Below, in pieces: positions 12,972-27,652 of a stretch of 64,000 nt of DNA. Both the position numbers and the translations under genes were made by a program. Under the pieces are notes generated by a model that searched no databases, was not told the DNA's origin, and worked only from the letters and a program-made list of their open reading frames with translations. The DNA is from Macrostomum lignano (lineage: Eukaryota), in assembly GCA_002269645.1 (NCBI GenBank), contig NIVC01001122.1, forward strand, positions 1 to 64,000, read 5' to 3'. The first letter of the stretch is position 1. Each line of letters starts with the position of its first letter.

Positions 12972-15900
12972 TTTTCAATATTTATCTGCGCTGTTTTTTT
13001 CGACGCAACTTGCCATGCCTCAGTTCGACATGACACTTAGTGGTATCCGCGACTTGCTTTGCAAAGAGATGCGATGACTGAGGCTGGAAGTGAAGACATG
13101 GATGTCGCGACTTTTTTTAGTCAATTCTTCAGTTCACCTTCACTTGTCTTTGTTTATTCTGATTTCTCTCCCTCTCTGTCTAGCTCAAATCTTGTTATTC
13201 TTTCTCTCTCCCTCGCTGCCTTCTGATTGGCTCTTCATTCTCGCCTCTTTCCTCAGTCTCGCACTCCATCCCTTGTCCTATCTTGCACCCAACCCCCACT
13301 CCCTAATTTTCAAAGAGTTAAATTCACCGCCAGACTTTGGACGCTTGTTTATTCAGTTTACGTAATGTTTATGTTGTTTAAAGCTGAAAGTGTTTCTTTT
13401 GATTGTCTTGTGTTTGTTTAGAATTTCCTATGTGGTTCTGCAAGTGGAACAGTAAGGAGAGAAAGTCCATAGACAATTTTGGCTGACTGAATTGAAAGGG
13501 CTCTGTTTGAATATGAAAGAGAGAGTGTCTCAATCGAATTTCTGCAAGCACTGTGTTTCATAGACAGTGTCTGAATTGCTGTTCCGATTGTTTGAATTGA
13601 AAGGGAGTTTGGTCATAATAGGCGGTAAAATGGTACAAGTACTCGCAGAAAAGCACCCGAAACTCAAACAAATCAACCTTGAAAGTCCTTCCTTTTATAT
13701 TTTCTTTCTCGTAAAAAACGTATAAGGGAAAACTAAAACCTTTATACTCGAATTGTGGTACGGGGCGTGCCCTCGACGGCCGCAATGGCGCCGACCTAGA
13801 GGAATCGGATCGGATCGGATGAAATCGATGAAAATTTGAAGCTATGGATTTCACTCAGACAGATCTCTAGACACATTCATTAGATTACGAGTTGCGCTCG
13901 CAATGCACGGGCAACGTATTTTCCCTCAAATTGAAGCATAATATGCCTTTTAGCGATGGAACAGCATCGCATGTCAGTGCTCAAACGAGCGGTGGAGGCC
14001 GCGATGAATGTCATCACCCAACAGAAGTGCATTCAGTGGGTGAGCCATGCACACCGGAGGTTGTCTAGAGCTGGTCGACATCTGTGACTGAATGACAACC
14101 GACATCTCTCTTCATTTCAGTGGCTAATGTGTCTGTGTGCACATATGCTGTGTTCATCGCAGGTTTGGTTTGTCAATTGCTCAAGCTGGGGTCGTGATGG
14201 GACATTGATAGGCGCGAGTTTCCCCGAGCAAAATACAGTATAGATTACAGTTTTGACAAACTGGATCGTAAAAAGGTATTTTATAATAAATTCCTACGTT
14301 TTCCAACTGTAGCCTAAAGCATTCATTTAAAAACGTTTTTTAGCAAGCATCAAAATGAAACCCAATATTTTGTTTACACGAAGAGACTCCATGAGTTTCT
14401 ACAACTGAGCGTGCTGTCAGTCACAGAGCAGCCCTTAAAGCTGATATAAGTGACTGGGATGTAACGAGCCTTTGATGCTCTCGGAGGCCTCCAATTCTTG
14501 TTTCTCAAGCATCTACATGTAACTAAATCGGCGCTCGTCTTTCACATTGGCAGATAGTCTTTCGGCCTTGTTGCTGACCTTGAACTAAAAACGCCCCGGG
14601 TTGCTAGTTAAGAGAGGAGACGGGGCAGCTGAGTTGTTTATGCGCCTGACTCCGGCACCAGAGTACCCTGAATCAAAATCAGGGCTCGTGAATCAAAACT
14701 TGCTTGACATGTCTGACGATAAGAAAGTCAGGAACACTGAACACCCTTTGAGAGCGTATGCTTACTCGGCGTCAGCGGAATCGGCAGGGCTGCTTGCCTC
14801 GTGGCTCGTTGTGCGTCAACTGTCCACTTGATTATCGGCAGTTACTGTCACTTCTAGTACACCTGCTTTACCTTATATTGAGTGAGGTGCGGGCTTGGGC
14901 CTATGTCGGATCCATCTCAGAATGCGTGTGTAAGAATGCTCATCATTCAGAATCGAAAGACTAGTGAAGAGCCCTATGTCATTTCAAATACAGTCCAAAA
15001 AAACAAAACTCCAAAACTCAATGCGACGCACAAGTAAAAGAAATGCCCAGCAGACAATCAGCAAAGATTGAAGACACGAATTCCTTGGCTGCGCTGAATT
15101 GGTTTTTCTATTGTATACTTCCTGAGCTCCTCTCTGCGAAATCTGAAATACAGAGCTGATGGCTAGGCATATAAGATCAATTGCTGAAATAATAAAAAGA
15201 TGAAAAAAGGCATGCTTAGTCTCAGGTTTAACGAATCGATGTTTTGGGAATAACTGATATCCTTGATATTGTCGATTGGGTAGCTACTTTAAGCTAGCTA
15301 TCTTGAATTTCTCGGCAGCCTCTTGACATTGAATAGTGGGGCTAAATCTTTTTTATCGATGTAGCCAATATCCCCAGAATATTTGCTACACTTCATCCAC
15401 AACTAATAAATAAACCAGAAGCTTTTCACTCATTTCCTTAATTTCCGAAGTAAAGCATCTTAGTAAATTCATAGTAAATTCACGCATCTAAATTCATGCA
15501 AACATCTTAGTAAAACATCTTTCTACTTTCTGTTCAGTAGCAAAGAGGAATAGATAAGCTATTTTATAAAAAAGGCTGCTGAAGTGACTTCAATATGTTT
15601 AGAAGTCCAAGCTTGCACGCGCAAAAACCTTGCTAATTGGTTCAGCAATAATGTACATTAGCCTGTCCACTGACATGTACATGGCAGTTTTAGGCTGGAA
15701 TCCGAGAAAGGCAATAAAAATTGGGGAGTGCAGATAGATGCGGTTGGAGGGTTGAAGCTGGGGGAGTAAGAGCCAACAGTTATTGAGCCTTGGATTTGAA
15801 AAATACACTAAAATGCTTCTGTTTAGCTTGCTACTGAACTGAAAGTAGCTAACACGCGAATGTGCTGAGTGAGTGGTCCATCTAGTTATTCTAGCATCCG

Positions 15901-16124
15901 TGGGTTCGGTCGGCGGTGCGGCCTTACTTTCGCGCTCGGGAACTCGTATTGATTGCTTATATATGAATCTAAGAAGAACCTTGCTAGAATGATTCTATTT
16001 TTATGGATGGCACATAACTTCAAGCATAAAACGGGCCATTTGTTTTATGCAATTACTTCTTTTAGGCATGTTTTGCGCGACCTACGAAGGAATTTTGCCA
16101 TGAAACTTTTTCAGATTCTGTTTT

Positions 16125-16462
16125 GGCCATAGACAAAAGCTCGGAACCAATGAAAAGCAGAGTAAGAGTAATGCTGAGATGCTCTTATGCGTGCAAACAT
16201 ATATGAAACGGTGAAGTGGTGAAGTAAGTATATTGATTGTATTCCAATAGCCAGCAGCAAGGCTTTACCTATCTGTATGTCATGAGCTCTATGCACGCCG
16301 TACAAGTTTCATTAACAAATTGACAAACTTTAGATTGTATTGCTTATGCAACAAAGATTCAAAGACTCAGTTTTAGCCACAAAAACATTGTATCATTTTT
16401 GAGGGGTTTTTATGGGTCTACCAATGAAGCCAAATTGCTGCACGTTTCCAGTGTCTATGGCC
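16125..16462. mobile_element. Possible MITE bounded by GGCCATAGAC / GTCTATGGCC
   Basis: 10-bp perfect inverted repeat extended outward by imperfect complementarity; no TSD identified. Confidence 0.4.
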
Positions 16463-18725
16463 AAACCAAACTGAACAAAAAACTTTATTTAATATAACAT
16501 TATTAAAACAGTATGCAGCAAGGTATGAGTAAAAGGAAAATAACAAGGAAACTTCAATAAAAATTTAAGTGAGCCAAAATATCAAACTATTCAATAGTCT
16601 GTAGTGTGAGCATCTTGCTTGAATTTCTGTTGTATGAATTTCTATTAGCTAAGTTGTTGTATTGTTAATAATTATTTTACTCTATTTTAGTCACGCGTTT
16701 TCAAAGTACTTTTTAGTTAGAGTTTATTGTTGGTGTAAACAGGCCAAAACAACCAGACGCAATTTCAAGTCAAGAGTGACTCAGTGGAGGGTCGACAGTT
16801 TTCCAGTGTACCCCGGCTTTGCGCGGCCAGCCAATCACAATCGACCTGGACCCCTGGCACGCGGCAAAACAAGTTCTACCCGGCCTGAGAGAGCGCCGTG
16901 GGTTCAATGCAATCTGGATTAGCGAGCGGTCAGCCAGACACCCACCACCCGGCTTGAGGGGGGGTTTGGAAGTGACTATATATTATGAGAGTGTGTTTTG
17001 GCGGTCGGATCTCATTCTTCTGCCTCTTCTGTTTTCGGCTCCTCTGGTTTGTTCCATCTCCCGGCCGTTTTGCCATCTGCCGCGCTTTGAGGCGCTTATT
17101 AGAGTTGAGCCCCGGTCTTTACTTTGTTCCCCTTGCCCGACCGCAATAGCCTTGCTGGCGTAACACTCTCCATAACCTTGTCCAGAGAGTGTCGTTGGCA
17201 AGCGCGGTTTAGACAGGAACTGGCGGTTTTGACATAGTACGCGACGTCGATCCCGAGGGCCTCAGTGTTGCACTGAAGGGCAGATCTGGTAGAATTTGGC
17301 CAGAGATTCGCTGAACTGTTAATCCGTCAGGGTCCTAGCCTGAGAGTAGGCTTTGGGATTAGGCCAGTGTGTGTGTGGTTTAAGAGCTTTCTCCGTGGTC
17401 CTTCTCCTTCTTTTCTTCCGTTCTTCCAGAGCTGAGATCCGCTCACCAAGTTGCGTCAATCATATTTATATCAATTATTATCGTTCGAGTTTAACTGCGT
17501 TGCGAATTACGTTATTAAGACTTGTGTAACCTTATATTGATTAAAGTGTTCAAGTCTCGATTTATCAGTCATTCTTAACCTTAGGATTATCACTCTCTAA
17601 ATCTGCCTGGAATCGTTTTCAATCGTGTTCTTTATTTACCTGTACCGTACCTGCGACTATGGGAGAAAGTCTGGTAGGACTTGCCGACCGGCGATAGGCA
17701 AATAGGACTATTAGCTTTAAAATCTCCAAATGCTCCAATAATAGGTTTGTCTAGGGCCTAAACTATTTGCCGTATTGCATTTAATTCATCACAAGTCGTT
17801 GGCGTTCAATTTGAAGATTGGAATTCGAAACGTTGATCCTCGATGATATATTAATTCCACGGACACGAAGTACGCTCGTAGGCAGCGAACTGAATAGCTC
17901 AAGCGGTAATCAATAAAGTAGGCGCATAAAATGCGCCATCAATCTTACAAACAAAAGCTTAGAAGATGACTAGATGTGACTAGATATTTTGAATGCCGGC
18001 TGTCGCCAGATTGCAGGAGTGGCTCTTGCGTGACAGAAACTCGCAAAACTTACGAAGCGCCCGATTTTCTTGCACAAGAACAGACTTCGGCGTATTGTCC
18101 AATATTGCATAAGATCCATCTCATTGAGCAGATCTCAATCCTGATCCAGATCCTGACTGAGTAAAAGCACCTCGAGTTCTTTCACGTCTAATTGAGCCAG
18201 ATCGTCCAACATGCTCTGCATAATTGACTCGCGCTGAATACGCTCGCCAATCTCAGCGGAGGAGGCACCTACCACGTCTCCTTGTGAATGTACGAGTATA
18301 ATAGACCACACCAATTCGTTCACCAGATGCCGCATCGTAGATCATGACGATGAGCTTTGGTATACACGGTCCAAATAAAAACAGATACAAATATAGAATA
18401 GAATGAAAATCATTCCACTTAAGGCTGCTCAACACCAAGTTTAGACCATAGATATTTCGAGCGTGCAGCAATGCATCATTGGTGCACGCTGACCCAAACT
18501 GATTGTTGCACGCCTCAGATATCTATGGTCCAAACGCCTTCAAAATCATACAATATCGGTGAAGAACGGCTACTCGTGCACCAAATGTTTATGACCTTGG
18601 GCGCTGCGCGCTCTCGGTATACATATTGATATTTTCATTATTAACTATATATTATACTCGTACATCAGGGACGATGGAGCCAGTAAGTAAACCAAAGGAA
18701 AAATGCAAGCGAAGTTACTTGTAGT

Positions 18726-18863
18726 TTATGGAAAAACCCGGCCTGACCGTCTCACGGATTTAGCCTGAGCCAAGTGAATGATTAACCGATGCAGATCATA
18801 TAGTTCTACATTTATTATTGCGCTCTACCAACTTTCGAATCTTTATAGGATTTCTAAGCAACC
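18726..18863 (+). repeat. ~135-bp direct repeat, copy 1 (copy 2 at 20563-20697)
   Basis: ttatggaaaaac...tttagcctgagccaagtga.tgattaaccgatgcagatcatatagttctacatt...ctaagcaacca occurs at both sites. Confidence 0.9.
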
Positions 18864-18874
18864 ATACATGTGTT

Positions 18875-19252
18875 ATGGCGGGAGCGTCAGATAAAACAGA
18901 CGGTACGAACAGCCAATCGGAGCAGCTCTATCACTACGATGTGCCTCTGATTGAACACCTGATTCAAGAGTCACTCCAGAAAGAGACATTTCAAATGCAA
19001 TCGATTGGCGAAGATTTGACCCACACCATCGTGCTGCTGGTCCCAGCCGCCCTGCTGCTCATCTACATCTTCTTTGCAGCGATTTTCGTCTTTCGCCATC
19101 GGTCAGTCCTGATTCGCACGACTGTGAAGCCGCCTGAACGACAGAGCGGCCAGGCGATTCGCTTTGAGGACATTATTGACACCGTGATTCGCTACCAGCA
19201 ACTGATGGATGAAAGCAGGGCTGAAGCTTACAGAAGGCGTAGCATATCATAA
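18875..19252 (+). CDS. Small single-pass membrane protein of unknown function (~125 aa)
   Basis: ATG-initiated, coding-like ORF with one strong hydrophobic helix (IVLLVPAALLLIYIFFAAIFVF) followed by basic residues; no family recognised. Confidence 0.5.
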   Translation: MAGASDKTDGTNSQSEQLYHYDVPLIEHLIQESLQKETFQMQSIGEDLTHTIVLLVPAALLLIYIFFAAIFVFRHRSVLIRTTVKPPERQSGQAIRFEDIIDTVIRYQQLMDESRAEAYRRRSIS

Positions 19253-19384
19253 AAACAAAAACCTGCCATTTGTCATTGTGAGATTTTTACAAATGTTCCA
19301 ATTAATTAGTAAATATTTGGATCAGTTTGTAGCAAACGAATCAAGGTCTTTCAACGAAATCAATACAAATCAACTGACAGAGAA

Positions 19385-19872
<488 letters not shown>

Positions 19873-20249
19873 AGAGGATGAGCAGATTGCCGACAAATTT
19901 GGAGGCTCAATTTCTACTTTAAGTAGCGTACTTAGTGAAATGCTGTGGTGTTTTGAAAGTTTGGTGTTTATTGTGACAGTAAAATTAATTTTTACATATG
20001 TAATCAATACTAAGCTTAACGGACGTTTCTACCGGACTTTAAGTCCGTGAAAGTCATGTTAAGCACCAAAGGAAGTTACTATTGAAAGAAATTTCATACT
20101 GTCGTGCAGAAATAATTAATAGTTCACACACAGCTGGTGGTCACAGCTGGTTTGGCAGCTGTCAAACCAGGAGCAGACCCGACATCAATAAATCTTTTCG
20201 GATATTTTTGAAGACTTCTGGGCCATCGTCGGATTGATTAATGATTTCT

Positions 20250-20440
20250 TCAAGGCGGGCAGAGCAGTTCAGCGCCGCGACCCCTGGTTCGATTCCCTGC
20301 GCGGCCACATTCATTTGAGCACAATAATTCACACCTTTGAGGGCCAGCCTCCAAGGCACAGACAGTGTACATGCCTGACGATTAGACAGTCAGGGCCGCT
20401 GTACACCCTGTGTGATCGTGTGTGAGTGCCTGCCTGCGTA
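20250..20440 (+). mobile_element. Diverged relative of the tRNA-SINE family
   Basis: B box GGTTCGATTCCC followed by ccaaggc...gtgtacatgcctgacgat...cagggccgctgtacac, similar to the SINE body at 10033-10392 in sense orientation. Confidence 0.65.
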
Positions 20441-20562
20441 CAGTATTGGCGCGCTTGCATGTGCTCTCAGGAGTCAGGGGAATGGGCAGAGTTGCCTCAG
20501 CGCTGGTTGGGGACCATGTCGCCGAAGGCTTTGCGCCAGGGTGCCCAAAATTGCAAATTTTA

Positions 20563-20697
20563 TTATGGAAAAACCTTGACTGTCTCATAGGTTTAGCCTG
20601 AGCCAAGTGAGTGATTAACCGATGCAGATCATATAGTTCTACATTTATTTTTGCGCTCTACCAACTTTTGAATCTTTATAGGACTTCTAAGCAACCA
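20563..20697 (+). repeat. ~135-bp direct repeat, copy 2
   Basis: See 18726-18863. Confidence 0.9.
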
Positions 20698-20767
20698 AGC
20701 AATCACCTCGTAATTATTGAGCTCTACTCTCATAGGTTATTGATTTTATAGATTTATTTTATAGATT

Positions 20768-21210
20768 TCAGCTCCGTCAGCTCCGTCAGCTCCGTCACCT
20801 CCGTCACCTCCGTCACCTCCGTCACCTCCGTCACCTCTGTCACCTCCGTCAGCTCCGTCACCTCCGTCACCTCCGTCACCTCCGTCACCTCTGTCACCTC
20901 CGTCACCTCCGTCACCTCCGTCACCTCCGTCAGCTCTGTCACCTCCGTCACCTCCGTCAGCTCTGTCACCTCCGTCACCTCCGTCACCTCCGTCACCTCC
21001 GTCAGCTCTGTCACCTCCGTCACCTCCGTCACCTCCGTCACCTCCGTCACCTCCGTCACCTCTGTCACCTCCGTCACCTCCGTCACCTCCGTCACCTCCG
21101 TCAGCTCTGTCACCTCCGTCACCTCCGTCACCTCCGTCACCTCCGTCAGCTCCGTCACCTCCGTCACCTCCGTCATCTGCGTCATCTGCGTCACATTGTC
21201 ACTTCCGTCA
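20768..21210. repeat. 9-bp minisatellite (ctccgtcac/ctccgtcag)
   Basis: More than 40 tandem units; explains the (TEV)n ORF. Confidence 0.95.
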
Positions 21211-24200
21211 CCTCAGTCAGTGAAATCCCAGTCGCTTTGCTTACTTGTAAGTCTGAAAACTTATAGTGACTTACGTCAAGTTGAATTTGCAATCAAGATG
21301 AACATGAATCAAGATTCGACAATAAAATATATAAATTTTGAGTTTGAGTAAAAAAGCTGCTATTATCCTGTCGTGCATTTTAGGGCGCAAACTAGGGAGA
21401 TTTGCAATCTAATTTAGACATTTCTCTTTTTTTACACAATCACAGAAACCTCCTAACAAAATTATCCATAAAACTGCGCCACGCCTCACAGGTTTAACCC
21501 CTCGAACAAGCCATGCTTGCTTGGAGCATTAATTTTCAATATCATAATTATTTTCTGAAAACGAAATTCAGTCAAATAATTAATTTCGCGTTACTTCAGG
21601 CCTGCTTTTTATTCAGAGCTTGAGCTGCACGGAAGGTCTTAGCCGCGGGACATGTTCAATCCAGTAAAGTGCATGCGCTGCATTCTGATCAGAAGTGCCA
21701 TTCGAATCCAACTGCTGCTTGTACAGCACAGCAGCAAAGCATATTAGGGAAAATGCCATTATAGTGAGGATGAAACATTTGTGAAGGGTTCTAACCACTT
21801 CTATTCACGCAAGCCGACCTTCACGCATCTTACGTTCTTACCTGTCATTTTGACCTGTTGTGCGCCCCTTTCTCCGCAGCACCCGCCCGCCTGCATCCTG
21901 ACCTCCTGCGTCCGGGGGAGAAGCAGGGAAAGAAACTGATACAATATTATCAGCTTAGCTACATGACGGTACTGTAGGGTGAGGTGCGAGGTGGCGTGAA
22001 CAGTGTACGCACTGATAGAGAAAACTGGAGGGGTGGGGAAGAATGGAAGGGTTGAGACGGGGGCGCGAGAGAAAAAAGTCACTATTGCACAACAGATTCT
22101 GTTTTGCTTTTAACCCCTTCTCACCTGACTCGTTCTTCGCCTCCTGATGAATGGCGGAAATCAAAATATGAGAGAGAAGAAAAGAGCTGGAAGTATAAGA
22201 GTTAGAAATCTGAAGTTTTGCTCTCAGAAAGAAGATAGGTAGAAATTTATGAAATGCCCAGGCGCAGTGAAGGGCGAGGCAGAAAAGCACAATAGAGCCT
22301 CTAGTTACTTATGAGAACAGCCAACAGAAGCAGCTTTAAGATAATTAATCAACTGCCAAGTCAATTTGAATAGCCGAATCTAATAAAGCCCCTTTCCATT
22401 CCAGTCAGTAGCAACACCCCGCCGCAGGCACAATGGCGCTCAAACCGGCTGGGAAAAGCAAACTGAGCAGCGGCCTGACTTAGAGAACAACGCGGCACGC
22501 GGCATCTTCTGGCGCACCCTGAGGGAGAAAACGTGAGGCCCACCTACAGACTCCTATTCAACCTGAAGCGGCCCAAGAAGGCGAGATCAACCCCAAGCTG
22601 CCTGGCAACCGAGAGAAACAGAGGACTGTTCAATCATCCATGGACAGAGTCAAGAGGCGGAAAACTAGGCACTTTTTCTATAATCTTTCTATCCCAAGTT
22701 TTATCCAACTCAACACATAGATTTGCGAAAGCCCGAATAATCTCTAACCCTCACACTTAGCAACCTATAGAACTAACTAAATCCATGTACAACTAGGGGA
22801 CTGAGTCCCAGATTTGTATTACTTAAAACCCCCGCCGTTGCTATCCACGCGAAGACACCCCACCGGCGGCGGGGGAGGTCAAAAATGCTAATTGGTATAA
22901 ATAGACGCCCATCTCAAACTGGAGCGGCGCTTCGTTTTTCTTGCGCAGTTTTCGATCTCGAATTGCTCCATTTGAATTAGTCTCTGGATTATCCAGTTGG
23001 CACAAATCCAAGTCTTCAATATAATTATTTGTCTTAACTGTCGCGCAGAGCAAATCCTAGAGAGACTCAAACTCAGCTTAGATACTAGGAGATCCCGTCA
23101 GTTTATACGGTTTTCTCTGACGGCCTGATTGGAGAGATTAGAACTGTAAGAACCTTAGACCGCTAGACATCTATCTTGCGAAAGTGAGAACACAAACTCA
23201 AAGGCCCCAGAGACAAACGCGTATAGGAAGCTAACACGGAAACACTATCAGGAAGCTAATGCCGCATTTAAAGTTGCTAAAATGTACAATAAGGACAATC
23301 GATTACCATTCCGTAAAAGGGACTGAAAATTCTAGAATTGGAGAATGATGTGGCCGCGCGTTCTGTGGCTATGCTGGTGTCCGGCCGTGCCTTTAGAAAA
23401 TTATGAAAACTTAGAATCCCTACCATGTGTATACTAAGGCTAATGTAATGATGTATTATGCATTATGTATTATTCACATCTCAAAACCTAGCTATCCAAC
23501 CATTTTTAAAAATTGCATAATCTGAAACAGGAATTTTTCTGGGACCGTGTGCGTCTAATTTGAGAAAAAGTGTATTCTACCTATCCAATCAGTGTATTTT
23601 TCGCACTTAATCCTAACCTCTACGTCTATATAGTATGATATATAACATATAGCATGAATCGATTTGAATTTTCAATTTCGAGACGGCACGCATCTATCAG
23701 AGTCGTGACCCATTACGATTAGTCATAACGATTTACAAAATATACGCTCAACACAGACCTGAAAGCTTCGGCTTCAATTAGAGCATTCTCCGTTCTACCC
23801 GACCCCGATCAAATCACCGAACTCTGAGCTAAGGGGGCCAAACCATGGGCATGCATTCTATCAAAAGCGTATAAAAAATCTGCTCTTAACTGTGCATATC
23901 GTCGACACAACACAGCGAATCACGAACAAAAGTCTTTGGAGAACATGAATGGCTAGGCTTGTGAAAAGAGGCATAAGCAAAGAGATAGCGGTTTAAAAGA
24001 AAGGACCAAATATAGTGTAAAGGAGGACAGACCGCGACACCGACTTGCGTCATTCCGAAAAGAATGCGTCGGTTGTATTTTACAGTGAGTCCACAGTTGA
24101 GGTGAATGAGACCGCAACTTGCTGACCCCAGCCATTTGTTCCCAAAATTACAGTCATTAGTCTCCTTAAATTTTGAATTAGCTTGACAAAAATGTGGAGT

Positions 24201-24738
24201 AATGACATCTGTGGTGGACAAAACGCATATTCAAATGCACTTGCTTATTATGTAACTTTGTCGAACAATTGCTGGAAACGCGAGAAAAACAATCAAACAC
24301 TGGAAGTCTTTTTGAGCTTTTTCATTTTTTATCCATCAATCGTTGACATCGCTGGCAAATTAATTTTTATTCTTTTAAAAATGTAAACATGGGATGCATG
24401 GTTAGCATTAGATGTTACGTGTACTTTTAGTTTTAACTATTAGGATTTAACAGAATATTCGTGCAGCTGGAATATTTCCACAACCATCCCAAGCTTTAAA
24501 TGACAATGCATCATTGAATTTAAAGATTTGTAAAACTTGTCGCTAAAATTCCGAACAGTTTTCAAAGTTTGTAAAGACTTCAGTTTATTACAGTGATTGT
24601 CGAGCAGATATACAGTTGGAGCTAGTTAGGGTAGTCACAATCTGTGTTTTTAAACACTGATCACAAAAAGGACAGCAAAAATATAGTAAAAATTTTCCTT
24701 GCAAAAGTTTTACAACACTAACTGCAAAAAGGTGCTTG

Positions 24739-25015
24739 CGGTCACTGCAACAGTGTGGTTTTCGTGTGGAACGGCCAAAATTGTGCTATCGGTCACTGCA
24801 ACAGTGTGGTTATCGTGTGGAACGGCCAAAATTGTGTTATCGGTCACTGCAACAGTGTGGTTATCGTGTGGAACGGCCAAAATGGTGTTATCGGTCACTG
24901 CAACAGTGTGGTTATCGTGTGGAACGGCCAAAATTGTGTTATCGGTCACTGCAACAGTGTGGTTATCGTGTGGAACGGCCAAAATTGTGTTTTCGGTCAC
25001 TGCAACAGTGTGGTC
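24739..25015. repeat. 51-bp tandem repeat, ~5.5 copies
   Basis: Units start at 24739, 24790, 24841, 24892, 24943 and 24994. Confidence 0.95.
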
Positions 25016-25794
25016 ATGGTATCTCCAAAACTGTGGCAAATATCTCGCGAAAATATCGACAGTTTGTCAAAATTCACTGAAAAAAAGTGCGAAAAAGTGA
25101 CTGCAAAAGTGCGTCCACAGTCACTGCCAAAAGCAACTGCGAGTTTAAAACAGAGTAAATCGTTTTTTTTACTTCATCAAATCTAACTGTATCAAATATA
25201 TACTTAGCCTCAAGCTCACTCGTATCGATCTTATAATTCGATGCAAAAATTTTCATTCATGAGCGAAAATAAGTCATTCAACTAACCATGTACTTACCTA
25301 ATCATCCTGTATCTCTTACTATTCGTCCATAAATTCCTGGGTACAATGGTCTCCAAATTAGCAACGCTAAAGAGGCTGCCAATGTCTCAAATTTATCGAG
25401 TTTCATGTTAAATTCACTAGCAGACTACATCAGATAGAAAAACTCGTTGACCGTGATCTACAAAATGTTTTCTGTATAGAAAATAGTCATGGCCTGCTCA
25501 GCAGGCCAAAGCCGCAAGCTACGGTTATGTAGACTTATTTTTCGAAACAGCATCGAAATGATTCGCAAGCCATAGACCATGAGCTATGGCCTGCAGAGCA
25601 GGCCACCCGCATCCTCGGGGTAAACGTCTGTTTTTTTATAAATTACCTTTGACAGAAACAAAAGCCACTTATGAATTCTCAAATTCTCTAAATCAAAAGG
25701 CCTACTGACTTAAAATCATGAATGTTGACTATTTTATTGATCAATTAGCCACAATCAGCATATCCACGGTGGGCTCCTAATCTTATCCCTAACC

Positions 25795-26509
25795 CTAGCA
25801 ATAACCCTGCACCTCACTGCTGGGCCTGCGCATCGTGGGCATCCGCCTGATGAAGGCGCTCCGAGAGTTTGGCTCGTATCTTTCAAGCCGAGCGGAGCCT
25901 GTAGCAGCTTGGTAACGCTGTGAATTGCTGTTGGTCCGTCTGTTGCTACGGTTGGCAGCAACGACTCCGGCTGGTCGCTGCAGGTGACTTCCGCCTAGCT
26001 GCATCATCTGCTGCTGGTAGAACTGCTGCGATTCTGCTCGCCTGCGACGGTTGTCAAAAATTCGCTTCATCTGACTGCGGAAAAAGCTGCTGACGTAGGT
26101 GTAGAGAAAAAAGTTGATGCTGTAGGACAGGTGGTACAAAATCTTTGTCACATAGATTGCGCTGCCCACGTGGAACTGGTACAGGCCGTCCTTTGTATTC
26201 GCAAAGTATTTCGATTCGTCCAGCTTTGCACTGATTGTAAACTTGGTGACGAAGTTGGCCAGCCAGCACAGGTAGTAGGGCCAGGTGAGGACCAGGAAAG
26301 TGGCGGACACCAGGATCAGCAGCAGGGCAAACTGGTGACCGATAACGTCTTGGTTCGAACCCGACTGATTTCGACGGATCACCAGCAGGTGACGCGCGAT
26401 CAAGACGTTGAAAGTGAACAGCAGGCAGGTGGGGATGATGGTCAGCATGGCTGCGAAGATGGCGTCAAGTACGAAGAGCTGCCGTTTGAAACTGGGGCGG
26501 GGCACGCAT
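25795..26509 (-). CDS. Neuropeptide/FMRFamide-receptor-like GPCR, exon 3 (ECL2-TM5-TM7 and C-tail)
   Basis: Acceptor ...atcgccgcag| then (R)CVPRPSF...LDAIFAAMLTIIP...TFLVLTWPYY...LSYSINFFLY. Its phase matches the end of exon 2. Confidence 0.85.
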
Positions 26510-26877
26510 CTGCGGCGATGCACAAAGATTTGAACATAAATAAATGCCAGCCACGAATTGGCGGACTTGAATACGAGTAGAGTATCGGTATTGTTCACAA
26601 CTGTTTGGAGCAGCCATTAAAAATTCTACATGCCGTACAAGGTACTTATCGTACACGCACATATATTTATTTTATTGAAAATTTCCCTAAAGTAAGTAAG
26701 TACTAAGTAAAGTAAGTAAAGTAAGATACTTTAAAATTTAGACTGGTAAAGTAAGCAAATTTGCTTGGATGAATCTGTTTATTATGTGGTTATTGGGTTT
26801 CTGATTGTTTCAAATATTTTAAACTGGAATCTTAAACTATGCATCTTAAACTGGACTACAAGGGTTGCAGTCTAGTA

Positions 26878-27178
26878 GGGGGTTGTAGTCTAGTGGCTAG
26901 AGAGTCGGACTCACGAATTAAAGGTCGGGGGCTCGATTCTCGACCCACCCGGAACAATCTGTCCTTGAGCAAGACGCTTAACTCTGCATTGCTTCAGTTC
27001 ACCCAGCTGTAAAATGGGTGCCAGCATTAGCTGGGGTAATTGAGGGTGTGTGTGGCGACCCCCAGTCCTTGGACTGAACAGCCGTACGCAGCCTTCAGAT
27101 GCGCCGCGCAATAGCTGCGGCTGAGCTGTCGGTTGCACATTTGCACAGGCAGGTGTAGTCAATTACAATATTATTATT
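26878..27178 (+). mobile_element. tRNA-derived SINE with CORE (MIR-like) domain
   Basis: A box TAGTCTAGTGG, B box GGCTCGATTCTC; 26961-27019 gtccttgagcaagacgcttaac...cttcagttcacccagctgtaaaatggg resembles the MIR/CORE consensus (ccttgggcaagt.acttaac...ctcagtttcctcatctgtaaaatggg); (att)n tail. Confidence 0.7.
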
Positions 27179-27507
27179 GTTTAATGTTATCTTAAACCAG
27201 ATTCTATTTAGTTTAAATACCCTTTGGGTAACCCTGTGGGATCTGAATTGTTAGTATGGCTGAGAGATTCTAAGTAGGCATAAGCACATCTATATTATTT
27301 TTTTTTCATTTTTGGCCAAGTCTAAGTTCTGTTCAGCTTAAAACCAGTCCTTCGGATAGACAGGGAAGCAACAGAGTTTTAGCATAAGGGACTTTTTGAG
27401 CAAGAGAGGAAATTTTGACAAAAAGTCAGAGAAATACAACTATTTTACTCACTCAAAGTTCATGAAGCTCATTGAAGATTACAGTTACTAACCAAAGACT
27501 TGCTCAC

Positions 27508-27652
27508 CTGTATGAGAAGCCGGTATGCGCCGAGATCTGCATGAACGGACGCCACAGACAGAGCACGTAGCTGATGCACACAATCAGCAAGATCACCCGC
27601 TTGGCGCTGCGCAAGTTGCAAAATCGGCGGTGCAGAAGCGGATTGCGAACGC
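27508..27652 (-). CDS. Same GPCR, exon 2 (ICL2 and TM4), absent from the ORF track
   Basis: tgtcgcag| ... |gtgagc boundaries; 145 nt encoding (G)VRNPLLHRRFCNLRSAKRVILLIVCISYVLCLWRPFMQISAHTGFSY; phase 1 in, phase 2 out, matching exons 1 and 3. Confidence 0.85.

Noticed and set aside
18135-18335. Possible terminal exon (GDVVGASSAEIGERIQRESIMQSMLDDLAQLDVKELEVLLLSQD)
   Set aside because: Coding-like, but no partner exon or recognisable domain.
21613-21798. Type II membrane-anchor-like ORF
   Set aside because: Short, with no convincing donor site or downstream exons.
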